64,000 bases of DNA from Octopus vulgaris (taxonomy: Eukaryota), in contig OX597824.1 in NCBI GenBank assembly GCA_951406725.2, positions 12,090,001 through 12,154,000 of the forward strand. The letters are read 5' to 3'. Below are positions 1 through 12,062 of this stretch, piece by piece (position 1 is the stretch's first letter; each line of letters opens with the position of its first letter). Both the position numbers and the translations under genes were made by a program. Below the pieces are notes generated by a model that did no database searches, was not told where the DNA came from, and was given only the letters and a program-made list of their open reading frames with translations.

Positions 1-3000
1 CAAGCCAAGTGAGACCATAACCCTGTGGCCTATGCCAGGGGTGTCACCAGCCCACTTATGTGTATCTTTCCTTCATTGGACACTAAACTCTGCTTGCAAA
101 GACCTGCTGAGGCAAGTGAAATCAAAATCAAATTCAATGATTGGCATCTGTGCTAGTGGAGCGCTAAGAGCACCATCCAAGCGTGATTGTTGCCAGAGCA
201 GCAAACTGGCTTCTGTGCCAGTGCCATGCTAAAAGCACTATTTGAGTGCGATCGTTACCAGCGTCGCCTCACTAGTACTTGTGCCGGTGGCACGTGAAAA
301 AAACATTCGAGTGAGGTTATTGCCAGTGCCACTGGACTGGCTCCTGTGCAGGTGGCACGTAAAAAAAAAAACCCACTACATTCTCAGAGTGGTTGGCGTT
401 AGAAAGGGCATCCAGCTCAGATCAGATTGGAGCCTGGTGCAGCCATCTGGTTCACCAGTCCTCAGTCAAATTATCCAACCCATGGAAAGCAGATGTTAAG
501 CGATGATGATTATATTACTCAAGCATCTAAACTACCTTATTGTGTGCATCATATACTGTAATGAAAACCCCTCTTATAATAATAATTCCATATATGCATC
601 ACCACATGCCATGACATTGAATTCATATGCAAAATTAAGAAGAGTGAAACACATACATGCTACCATACTTAAGTTCTCAAATTGTATAGACACATCAAAA
701 TACACACACACACACACACAGAAAATCACATACGAACACATAAACATTGAACAAGTAATATAAAACTGTGAGCTATTTTGAAGCACAAAGTATTAAGTAA
801 TTTGAAGTTGTGCTTTGTCCAGTCTGTACACCAAGTAATTAAAAGCAAGACAATATCTTGTGTTTTTAAAAACAATGTTTACAATATCCATCATTCTTGA
901 CTGATCGGCAATTTGAGACCAAATGAAATATGTATATTTTTGTAAGATGTAACAATTATTTTCTGTTTTTATTTTGTTTTAGATAATTGGAATTTAAGCA
1001 AACATTACTCTGTCTATGGCCTGTTTTGATGAGTGAACTGTTAAGTAATTTCAAGGAGTGAATCGTTTAGTTAAAAAAAAAAAGGAATTACTAGTGTCGT
1101 TCTATTTGTTTTTGTCTTTAAAATTAATATTTACAAAGCTTGCAGCCTTTATTTTCTGCATTTTTACTTAAATCCAATTATTGTAGATATAATTGATTGA
1201 TTAAATAATTTACATTATGTTGACCAGTTATCCCTAAATATCCTGATGCCACACAATCTGTCCACATTCCTCAATCTTACTATGTGCAAGTATGTATGTA
1301 TGTGTGCATGCATGAGTGAGTGTGTAAACACATATTCCTTTTTACTTTAACATACACTTAGCCATAAATGCAAGGATCAAATGAAATTTGATGAGGAGGA
1401 TTTTTCTATGACCAGATGCTCTCTTCCTGGCTCCAACACTCACCTTTTCCTAAGCAAGACAACATTTCTAGAATTAAAGCCAGACATGATTTCATGGAAA
1501 ACTGCAAGTAAATTACACCATTTTTATATAAATGGTGACTTTGTATACACTCAGCATGCACCGTTAAGACAAAGTGGTGCATACAGATACACACACACAA
1601 ACAGGATTCTTTCAGTTTCCACCTAATTTAAATTCACTCATAAGGCTTTAGTTGACCTTGAGCTACAGAAGACATGCCGAAAGTAGTACAGAGTGAGACT
1701 GAACCATGCCAGCATGGAAGGTGGACGTTAAATGATAACGATGATGCAATACTTGCACATATATATATATGAATATTGGATTTTATTTATATATATATGT
1801 GCATGTGAGTGTGTATGTGGGAGAGAGAAAGAGAGGTGGTGAGCTGGCAGAATTGTAAGCATGCCAGGCAAGACAGTGGCATTTCAATATCCATCTTTAC
1901 ATTCTTATTTCTTTATTGCCCACAAGGAGCTAAACATAGAGAGGACAAACAAGGACAGACAAAGGGATTAAGTCGATTACATCGACCCCGGTACATAACT
2001 GGTACTTAATTTATCGACCCCCGAAAGGATGAAAGGCAAAGTTGACCTCGGCGGAATTTGAACTCAGAACGTAGCGGCAAACGAAATACCTATTTCTTTA
2101 CTACCCACAAGGGGCTAAACACAGAAGGGACAAAGAAGGACAGACAAAGGGATTAAGTCGATTACATTGACCCCAGTATATAACTGGTACTTAATTTATC
2201 GACCCTGAAAGGATGAAAGGCAAAGTTGACCACAGCGGAATTTGAACTCAGAACGTAGCAGCAGACGAAATACCTATTTCTTTACTACCCACAAGGGGCT
2301 AAACACAGAGGGGACAAACAAGGACTCTGGTAATTTTATCTAAAAGAGTGCATGTCAGAAACATGATGCTGCATGTTAATGAGTGATGAATATTGAATGT
2401 AAAAGAATGTAAAAGAATTGCAGAAGTTAGAGAGAAGGGAGTTGAGACCCATTGCATGTTCAACACATTACGAAAGGCTGAACACAGTCAGATGACAAGC
2501 CTGGTTGTTAGAGACATAATTAATGTGTAGTACAGCTAGCTGCACATTAGTGAAAATATAATGTATATGGCTAACACATACTGAGTGGAAAGTGTTATTT
2601 GCTGACAGCAAAGATAATTGACAATAAGATAAAGTAAATTATGAGAAGGGTTAAAATTAATAATGATGTTGTGGCATGACTCATGGCCCAAAATGAATGA
2701 GTGTTGTATTACAATACATCTTATTCATATCATGGGGAAAAAAAACATTAAAATGATTACAACAAAGATGAGTTAAACACAATGAAGTTGTGATAAGTGT
2801 GGCTATATGGTAAGAAGTTTGCTCGCCAATTACATCGTTTCAGGTTCATTCTCATTGCGTGGATCATGGGCAGGTATCTTCTACTGTAGCCCTAGGATGC
2901 CCAAAGCCTTGTGAATGTATTTGGTAGATGAAAACTGAAAGCAGCTCATCATGTATATGTAAAAAGCATCCAGTCCACGCTGTAAAGTGGTTGGCATTTG

Positions 3001-3221
3001 TAAGGGCATCCAGTTGGAAAATCATGCAAAAACTGATCTTGTCTGTGCTAGTGCTGCGTAAAAAAACACAGTCCACTCTGTAGAGTGGTTGGTATAAGGA
3101 AGGGCATCCAGTCATAAAAACCCTGCCAAAACAGACATAGAAATCTGGGGTAGTCTTCTACCTGGCCGGCTCCTGTCAACTGCCCTACCCATGCATGCAT
3201 GGAAATGGTGATATATATATA

Positions 3222-3541
3222 TGGCACCTGTGCTGGTGGCACCTAAAAAGCACCATCTGTACGTGGCCGATGCCAGCGCCGCCTTGACTGGCTTCCATGT
3301 CGGTGGCACATAAAAACCACCAACCGATTGGGGCCGTTGCCAGCCTCCCCTGGCACCTGTGCCAGTGGCACATAAAAAGCACCCACTACACTCACGGAGT
3401 GGTTGGCGTTAGGAAGGGCATCCAGCTATAGAAACACTGCCAGACCAGACTGGAGCCTGGTGCAGCCTCCTGGCTTCCCAGACTCTAGTCGAACCGTCCA
3501 ACCCATGCTAGCATGGAAAATGAACTTATGATGATGATGAT
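3222..3541 (+). mobile_element. 3' fragment of the RTE-like LINE (or a derived SINE); further copies at ~1-510, 2960-3220, 3888-4023 (-), 6523-6665, 6684-6880 (-), 22060-22343, 24150-24470, 26010-26215 (-), 29430-29645, 35480-35690, 38929-39073 (-), 43508-43800 (-), 55760-55990 and 60308-60575 (-)
   Basis: Shared GAGTGGTTGGCGTTAGGAAGGGCATCCAGC...CCAACCCATGCTAGCATGGAA-(GAT)n, the same motif as the 3'UTR of the LINE at 22393-24012. Confidence 0.88.
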
Positions 3542-3725
3542 ATACACACATGCATGCATGTATGTATGTATATATATATATATATATATATAATATAATA
3601 ATAAGAGTAAATAATTTCTTTAATGGTTTTTAAAAAACCAACAATTATTTACTGGTAGATTTCGGTATGTAAATATAACCATTAACAGTAGGAACTTCTG
3701 TAAAGTTCAGTATATATATATTGTA

Positions 3726-3876
3726 TATAAATAAAAGGGGCAGGCAACAGGTTGCTTACGATATGTCATATGTGGAGTCCCATTTGTAGAAAATAGAAAT
3801 AAACAGTCTATGGCTGCCATTTCTAATTTTTTCGGTATGCGGCCAAGCAACCTGTTGCCTGCCCCTTTTATTTATA
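3726..3876. repeat. Perfect 32-bp inverted repeat (MITE-like) with an 87-bp spacer, within TA-rich sequence
   Basis: TATAAATAAAAGGGGCAGGCAACAGGTTGCTT (3726-3757) and its exact reverse complement (3845-3876). Confidence 0.85.
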
Positions 3877-4365
3877 AATATATATATCATCATCATCGTT
3901 TAACGTCCGTTCTCCATGCTAGCATGGGTTGGACGGTTCGACTGGGGATCTGGGAAGCCAGAAGGCTGCACCAGGCTCTGGTCTTATCTGGCAATGTTTC
4001 TACAGCTGGATGCCCTTCCTAATATATATATGTATATATATATGCATGTGAGTGTGCGCATGTGTTACTATATCCTTGCCTTGTCATGTGATAGTTGTGA
4101 CAGTGTTATGTTAGCAGTGTTTGTTTCCAATCTTCCAAGAGATGTCTAGTCATGGGGAAATATTACCTTACTTGGGAATAGGTGAGGAAAATCCACCTTA
4201 ACAAATTCTGTTTTTCTCATGCAACCATGGAAAAGTGGCTATTTAAATTATTGATGATGAAAGTAATAAACCAGAAGAAAATAATACCACAGCAGGTCAG
4301 TTTTGATTCAAACATATGCAAGAAGATAACTGATTTAAGAAGCAGACAAATGAAATGTAACTTAC

Positions 4366-4467
4366 AATTTTTTCATAATACTCTCGTCTCCTTTCAGCTC
4401 TTTTCTTGTAATCCACCATTAAACCTCGTATCTTCCGCTCCTGCTTACGAGCTTCGTGCCACATCAT
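4366..4467 (-). CDS. CLASRP: CLASRP (CLK4-associating SR-rich protein, SFRS16) first coding exon: MMWHEARKQERKIRGLMVDYKKRAERRREYYEKI; full exon 4366-4518
   Basis: The minus-strand translation closely matches the conserved CLASRP N-terminus (MWHEARKHERKLRGMMVDYKKRAERRREYYEKI). CTTTCAG acceptor at 4519-4525; ATT|GTAAGT donor at 4365. The next exon (expected KKDPAQFLQVHG-like) was not found, so it probably lies left of the window. Confidence 0.93.
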
Positions 4468-5454
4468 CTTGGTAGCTTTGTTTGTTTTACCCTACCACAC
4501 TCGTGAAAAAAGGATTACCTGAAAGAAAATAAAGATTTACAGTTGTTTAGGATGAAGTATACAAATGGGTGGACAAACAAAAGAAAGTAGCACTCAACAC
4601 ATTTTATTGGTGAGTTTTAAGTATTTATGAACAAGCTGACTCCGCTCCACATTACCTGAGGCTTCATGGGTACAGAACATGTCCACATCATGAAATGTAT
4701 GGAGTAAGAGTGAGTAGAAAGGGTTTAAAAGAAATTTTGAAATGGTTTCTTGGTGTGTGTATGCGTATGTATATATACACACACACACACATATATATAT
4801 ACTACTTCTTTAAGTACCATCTACCAAATCCACTCACAGTGCTATAATAGAAGACACTAGCCCAAAGTGCTGTGAAGTGGGACTGAACCAAGAACCATGT
4901 TGTTGGGAAACAAGCTTCATACCTATTTCTTTATTACCCACAAGGGGCTAAAGACAGAGGGGACAAACAAGGACAGACATAGGTATTAAGTCGATTACAT
5001 CGACCCCAGTGCGTAACTGGTACTTAATTTATCGACCCCGAAAGGATGAAAGGCAAAGTCGACCTCGGCGGAATTTGAACCCAGAACGTAACGACAGACG
5101 AAATACGGCTACGCATTTCGCCCGGCGTGCTAACGTTTCTGCCATATAGCCACGCCTGTGCCTTCCATATATACATACACACACTCAAATCCATTTGTAA
5201 TACAGGACATATATATAAGATATCTATACATTTTTTTTTAACAAATGCAGTCTACATTTACAATGTGTTTACGGACACAAAAAGAAAGAATAGCTGTATA
5301 TGAATATTTTATTCTCTCCCTCTCCTCCACTACTACTACTACATGTCTTTCACACTCCTCATACATTATGTCTGACTACCACCTTACACTTCTGCAGCTA
5401 CCCAACCAAATGTCATCTCTCTCTTTCTCTCACGCACATTCTCTTTTCTACTGA

Positions 5455-5858
5455 GGCGCAGGAATGGCTGTGTGGTAAGTGGCTTGCTTACCAACCACAT
5501 GGTTCCGAGTTCAGTCCCACTGTGTGGCACCTTGGGCAAAGTGTCTTCTATTAAAGCCTTGGGCCGACCAAAGCCTTGTGAGTGGATCTGGTAGATGGAA
5601 ATTGAAAGAAGACTGTCGTATGTATGTGTGTGTGTGTGTATATGTTTGTATGTCTGTGTTTGTCCCGCCACCCCACCCCAACATTGCTTGACAACCGATG
5701 CTGGTGTGTTTATGTCCCTGTAACTTAGCAGTTTGGCAAAAGTGACCGATATAATAAGTACTAGGTTTACAAAGAATAAGTCCTGGGGTCGATTTGCTTG
5801 ACTAAAAGGTGGTGCTCCAGCATGGCCACAGTCAAATGACTGAAACAAGTAAAAGAGT
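5455..5858 (+). mobile_element. tRNA-derived SINE family B, full length; partial copies at ~1605-1705 (-), ~2799-2955 (+), ~4800-5162 (-), ~42760-42995 (+) and ~62585-62735 (-)
   Basis: GGCGCAGGAxTGGCTGTGTGGTAAG head, GGTTCxGxGTTCAGTCCC B-box, internal (TA/TG)n and ACTGAAACAAGTAAAAGAG tail. Confidence 0.9.
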
Positions 5859-7912
5859 ACTGTATCATCATTATTATTCTGTCATCCACCTCTACCCCAC
5901 TTTGCCAAACTGTCAGTCATCTCCCACTCCCCCACCTCAAGCATCACTGGACATTCACACCCACCCCTTATCCACCCTTCAACCTTGTTCAATCTTTATG
6001 GCTGTTGCCTACCTCCCCTTCCCTTACCTGTTCCCCATTTCTTACTCCCCCATACACTCTTGCAACCTTCACCCAACCACACCCCTGGTTCCTCTGATCC
6101 CACTTCTTTTCACCTTGGATATTGAGGGTCCACCCAGACACTATTTTTATCTCTTTCCAACTCCAGCTGATCACTCCCACCCTATCTACTAAAATGAAAG
6201 TAGTCATGTAGCTACTCCACAAGAAGATACCTGTTCTGCTATGACCCCGCCCTCTCTCTCATACTTCAATCTTTTATCTCCTAACATAAAGCTGCCCCTT
6301 TGAGGGTCATTCTTGTAAGCTCACTAACACTTGTGAGATGAGAAAAGCAACTAGTACAAGCTTTAAAGTGGTCGGTATTAAAAATCATGCCAAAGCTGGC
6401 ACTAGAGCATGATGCAGTACTTGGGCACATCGGACCCTGTCGGACTGTATTTCATGATGATGAGAACATACAAATATGATTACATGAATGCACACATATA
6501 TAAAAATATACTCACATATATGAGTGGTTGGCATTAGGAAGGGCCTCCAGCCGTAGAAACATTGCCAGATCAGACAGGGCCTGGTGCAGCCTTCTGGCTT
6601 CTCAGACCTCAGATGAACTGTCCAACCCATGCTAGCATGGAAAGCGGACGCTAAATGATGATGATAAATACACATACATATCCTCATCATTTAACGTCTG
6701 TTTTCCATTCAGGCATGAGTTGGATGGCTTGACAGGAACTGGCAAGACCAGGGGACCACAGTAAGTTCCATAGTCTGTTTTGGGTTGCTTTCTACAGTTG
6801 GATGCCCTTCCTAATGCTAACTACTTTACAGAGGATACTGAGTGCTTTTTACGTTGCACCATCACCAGTGCTTTTTATGTGTGTATATGTATGTACATAT
6901 ATAAATACACACACCACACATATATATATATAAATCCAAGCAAAGTCCATTCTTTGTGGTAGTGTCATGGCTTGTGTGCATCAATGACCCCGAGAGCTAT
7001 GCAAGTGAGCACTAGCTCCTGAAAGGTCCTCCCATGCTGGACAAGTCAAAGAATAGGAGCCAGAGTAAAATGGACCAGCTCTTTGCAGAGATAAAAATGG
7101 GTTTATACAGGGCCAACTCCCAGAAAAGGAACCAAGTTACAGGAGGGTCGATGACAATCGAAAACTAGCAAGACCTAAGAAAAATCCAGCTGAAAAGGCA
7201 GCCCAAATTCAAAGATAGTGGAGAAAAGTTGTCAATGGCCTAAGTTCCACAGAGCTCCAGTATGTGTGTATATACACACACACCTCCACACTGTTACCTG
7301 TTCCTTACCCACTGCCTTCACCAAGCCTAGTATGTGCACTCCTCCTGCACATCTCATATCAATTTCGCAGTATTTTTCCTCTTATCTCTCCACTCTCCAC
7401 ATGAAAGACTGGAGACAACTAGCCAATCAACATTTATATTGCATCTTATCGTATAGAGGCATACATAGATATACACACACACCATTATATACATAAAACG
7501 ATGTGTGTGTGTATATATATCACACACACATAATACAAGGAAATTTATCAATATATTGATAAACAGACGTTAAGCGATCACGATGATACACACGCACACA
7601 CAAAAAAATCAGACATGCAGGTAAACATACAGCATTCACATATACACACATTATACATACCAATATATATACACACACACAAAGAAATTTACAAGGACAT
7701 TTGCTTGTTCTGGAAGTCAACCAGATGCTGTAAAATACAATCCGCTTAAGAAACCACAAGTGCAATCGAACGTAGGGGCATATATATAAACAGAAGTGTG
7801 TGTATATATATATAAACACAGACATACATGATGAATTTATACGTGCATACATTACCTGTATACACAAATATGCATGCATATCTGTATACACACATAAATG
7901 CATCCATATATA

Positions 7913-8040
7913 CAGGGTGTCCAGAAAGTCTGGGTACATGGGGATTAACACATACTTTAAGAAATTATAATTTCTTGACATTTAATTGCTTGTGTTATGA
8001 TTTTATTTACTCCATGTACACAGACTTTGTAGACACCCTG
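7913..8040. mobile_element. Tc1/mariner-type MITE (128 bp)
   Basis: TA|CAGGGTGTCCAGAAAGTCTGGGTACATGG ... CCATGTACACAGACTTTGTAGACACCCTG|TA. Confidence 0.85.
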
Positions 8041-8042
8041 TA

Positions 8043-8492
8043 GGTGTATATATATATATATATACATAACATATACGCATACATGCATGCGTACACATAC
8101 ACATATATACACACACATATACACATGCAAGCATACACAAATATATGCATGCATATATATATATATATAAACATATATGCACACACAAACACACGAATAT
8201 AAACCACCATCAAACGGCAAGTCAGTCGAAATTCCGAAATGATGATGATTATATCACGTATATAATATCTGTCTGCTTTAATATATAAATTTATATAGAA
8301 GTATGCACCCTACCGACACTCGTATATTTTATTTTACTTCACACACAGATGGATAGATGGGTGGACGGATAGACATATGCGCCGATGTATATACATACAT
8401 CGGCACCCATATATTTATATACACATACACATTACACACACACAAACTATATATATATATATATATATGCACATATATATACACGCCCGCGC

Positions 8493-8542
<50 letters not shown>

Positions 8543-8745
8543 TATATATACACGCCCGCGATTACTAATACGCACAACTGCAATGATGTGCACGCCCGAA
8601 ATATACATGCATACAAGTACACACACAAGTACATGCATGCAAGTGTATATACATGCACACATATATATACTCTTCGATATATATCCTTGCATATATTCAC
8701 CCACACAAAATGTACAGACTTCCCTTTATATATATATGTATAGTG
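8043..8745. repeat. Compound (TA)n/(CA)n microsatellite-rich tract
   Basis: Long TA and CA runs; duplicated unit ATATGCACATATATATACACGCCCGCG. Confidence 0.9.
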
Positions 8746-10120
8746 TATGGCCACAACCGTCTTTATTAATAATGTATATATGTTCAATGATATTCGAAAT
8801 TTCTGACGAAAGTTCATTTTTTATTATATTATTCTTTCGTTAAAATTTTATAGATACAACTGTGAGGATATATGCATACGTATCTATGTAAGATCTGCCT
8901 CAATACTGTAAGGTAATTCATAGCAAAAAAATCGTGTTGGTCATTTTCGATAAAACATCGAGAAACACCAAATTACATGGAAATCTTTCCATTAGAACCA
9001 AACAAAGCAAACACTCACAAATCGTTCAGCCACGTCTTACAGAAAGAAATTCTTGGAATTATATTAGAGTTAATGGAAAAATTTATTGAAATATCATGGA
9101 AAGAGATTAACAGACTGACAAGCAAATGCCAGATTTCTATCAGAAAAAATCGAGTATTGACGAAATCTTGTCTTCGTTAAAGTAGACCAAGTCTATCATA
9201 GTTCTTTTTACGCCATACTTTTGAGCAAAGGCGAAATGGTTTCGCCGAAGCTAGGAAATATATCCAGGCTAAAAAAGACACTTCTAGAATAATAACAGAC
9301 TATTCCACCAGAAAGGAAGGCTGTCAAATGATTTCCACAGATTTATTAACACATAAAGATCTTCTATTTCACCTCAATGTGTCCATATATACATCGACAT
9401 TGAACAAACCGATCGCCCATATTTCACTCTAATTCAATTATGTCTTTCTACAGAGAACAGCTATTTTTAAAAAATTATCTTTTGACAATTAATTTCTTAA
9501 TTAATTGCATTGTAAATTATCATCTATTTCCCCTTAAGCATTAATGAATAAATACTTCAGTTCTCAAGGGATATATATATATATAAACATTCAATATATG
9601 AGGTGAAACCTTGGCATGTCTTCAATCTTCTAATTCTGCCCATTGCAGACACACAGAGAAATCAGACCATTCTATTAATTATAGCATTGATTGTATATAA
9701 ATATGTGTATATCATTGGTGAGACCGTATAATATTTCATCTTCCCACCCATGAAAATCAAAATCAAAGGTAGAGATTAAAGAAATTATTCGCCAATATAT
9801 ATATATATATGTATATCTGCAAACGTCCATAGCGAGCAGAAACCTGTGATTTATGGCTATCTTCACAGAAATACTTCGATCTCTCGCTGTTTACAGCTCT
9901 AATATGTACTATGAAGAGGACTTTTTTCGTTTTTAAGATAATAAAATGAAAGCGTGTACTTACGTAGAACTTAAATAATAAGCACATATGGACGGCAAAT
10001 CCCCAAACCACAGCAAAAAAAAGGGAAACAAAAGTCTTCTTCGTTCGTCAAAAAACTAGTTTTTGCAAAAAAACCGTAACAAACGTCGTTTTGTCTTCTT
10101 CAACAGTTACCGTTACTTAC

Positions 10121-10340
10121 TCTCGCGAGAACACAACACGTTAACGAGACTTCTCTTACAACCTCTCGCCTAACCCCCTTCCCCTCCCCTCCTCCTTCCT
10201 CCTCCTCCTTTTCTGTCCTCCTCATGTCGGCTTTTTGTTGTTGTTGTTGTTGTTTTTTTTTATATTTATTATTACTTCTTTACACCACCCCGCCAAATGT
10301 CTGCCGAGACGCCGTTGACCCTGGTCTCCCGTTGAAATCA
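10121..10340 (-). other. CLASRP: Probable 5' exon of CLASRP (5' end approximate)
   Basis: Perfect GTAAGT donor at 10115-10120 on the - strand, in a CpG-rich, repeat-free segment. An alternative donor lies at 9958-9963. No transcript data. Confidence 0.5.
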
Positions 10341-10846
10341 GACCCTGAGCTCTCACATAAATGTAGAATACCTAAAAATGTCCTATTAACCGAGTCTATG
10401 TAAATGTATACATATATATATATATATATAAAACACGTATACGCATCTTTTATATATATATGTATAAATATTTGAATATATATTTATATGTATATATATA
10501 TATATTTATATATACGTATATAGATTTATATATATACACATATATACATTTGTATTTGTGTGTGTGTGTGTGTATGCGTGTTTGTAGGTTTGGTGTTGAC
10601 TATCGGAAAAAAAGAGTACTCAATACCAGAGTAGAGAATAATATATTTCGTTTTAGTCGATTCAGCCTCTTGCTACACTGAATATATGCATACATATACG
10701 CCTGCATATATGCGTATGTGTATGCGTATATACGTGTGTATGCGTGAGGACAAAGACAAACGGGGGAAACTGTAGAACTCAATACTTCCAGTGGCGTGTA
10801 TACAGCTATTTCTGGTGCACCTGAGCACTGTATACAATAATTTCAT

Positions 10847-10948
10847 TATTGGCTGATGAGCTACAGTGACCGAAGGGCCTTGAGTTTTGTGCTTATGAAA
10901 TTGCACGAAACTCTAGACTCTTGAGTCACAGTAGCTCTTCGGCTGATA
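10847..10948 (+). ncRNA. Long imperfect hairpin, pre-miRNA-like (unassigned)
   Basis: 46 collinear positions, 40 paired (5 G-U), no bulges, 10-nt loop TTATGAAATT. Confidence 0.4.
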
Positions 10949-11420
10949 TGTGTATGCATTTGTATTTATCTATGTATAACAGCAATATAAAAGATTTTTT
11001 TGGAATCAAGCATCTTATTGCTGTCTAATTATTGATTTCTTTGTACATGCATAACATTCAAGATTTATCATGGAAGCCGAATGAGATTGAGCATTACTAA
11101 TGAGGTCATCTATGAGTTAGTATGAAGTGAAATAGCAACATCTGGGAATGGGAGCCAGCTTGTAGTCTTGGTTCCCCGCAAGTATATTTTAATGGCGCTC
11201 GTCATTTATTGCTATTAAAGGAAGACAAAAACAATGTTTATACTACATGCATTACGTACATTTTTTTTTTATTGAATTGTTGGCATTGGTCGGCCATCAA
11301 ATGAACGATGTTTGTATTTCAATGTTGTCAGCATTAATTTAACACAACATCCAGTAAAATGTTTTCCCTATATAAAAGGAGGGGCTGTCTATTGTCATTT
11401 GTTTTTGCAATTGTTAGCAG

Positions 11421-12062
11421 ACTAAAATATTCCATGTGTATCGAAAAAGCTATAATCAATGGAACACCATACGAAATACATCTTTGAAACGGTAATTGGT
11501 CGAACAAGCTAAAACCTTTTTATTGTGTGTACAAGGAAGAATTTTTAAAAATCTCGGCCAATCTTGTTATTTAAAGCAGTTTATATGTTTCGGTATGTTC
11601 ATTAAAATATTGCTCAAGAGACAAGAACGCTTGCAGGTTACCCACCAAGATCAACAAGCAATGTTTTGGACTACTGTTTGAAATTAGATTGCCTAATATT
11701 GTGAGACATTAGCATACAAGTGCTTAGATCCCGAAGACCAATTGTTATATATATATAACATATCTACTATTAGCTTTGTGCACATGTCGAGTCGGCTACG
11801 TTTGTGACACCCAAGATTCTGAATTTTCGTAACCATAGCTTGAGTGCTACAATGGATTGCTCAAAAGACTATCCATTATTTAACAAAACACGAAACACAG
11901 TAACAGAACTGTTCGTCTATGGTAAGGAATAATTTGGATTTTTTAAATGTGGTGAATGAAATACCATTTCCTCTACGATAAAATGGTCTTCAGGATTTCC
12001 CAAAAAGTGACTACAAAGACCATGTGCCCAAATGACAATTGTTGTTATATATCTTGTTAATG
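11421..12062 (+). pseudogene. Cryptic short-intron gene or pseudogene between the CLASRP and CoREST promoters (unidentified)
   Basis: Exon-like blocks at 11421-11491, 11580-11700, 11774-11921 and 11994-12062, with AG/GT boundaries and 88, 73 and 72-nt introns. The first three join in one open frame. No start codon or protein family could be assigned with confidence. Confidence 0.35.

Noticed and set aside
1905-2325. Tandem ~180-bp direct repeats (CRISPR-like periodicity)
   Set aside because: Duplicated SINE bodies in a eukaryotic genome; no unique spacers and no cas genes.
520-4365. Searched for the second CLASRP coding exon (KKDPAQFLQVHG-like) on the - strand
   Set aside because: No matching exon was seen; it is presumed to lie left of the window.
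4182-4475. 97-aa + strand ORF
   Set aside because: It is the antisense shadow of the CLASRP exon plus intron sequence.
5300-5848. Recurrent ORFs with [10 protein letters not shown] and related SINE/LINE-tail peptides
   Set aside because: They are reading frames through SINEs and LINE 3'UTRs; the recurrence reflects repeat copy number, not a gene family.
7354-8843. Many overlapping 60-160-aa ORFs rich in Y/I/C/V/H/T
   Set aside because: They are translations of (TA)n/(CA)n microsatellites, open on both strands with no domain signal.
10853-10874. CTGATGAG...CGAA resembling a hammerhead core
   Set aside because: It is not followed by GAAA plus stem III/UH in the required geometry; the bases are better explained as one arm of the long hairpin.
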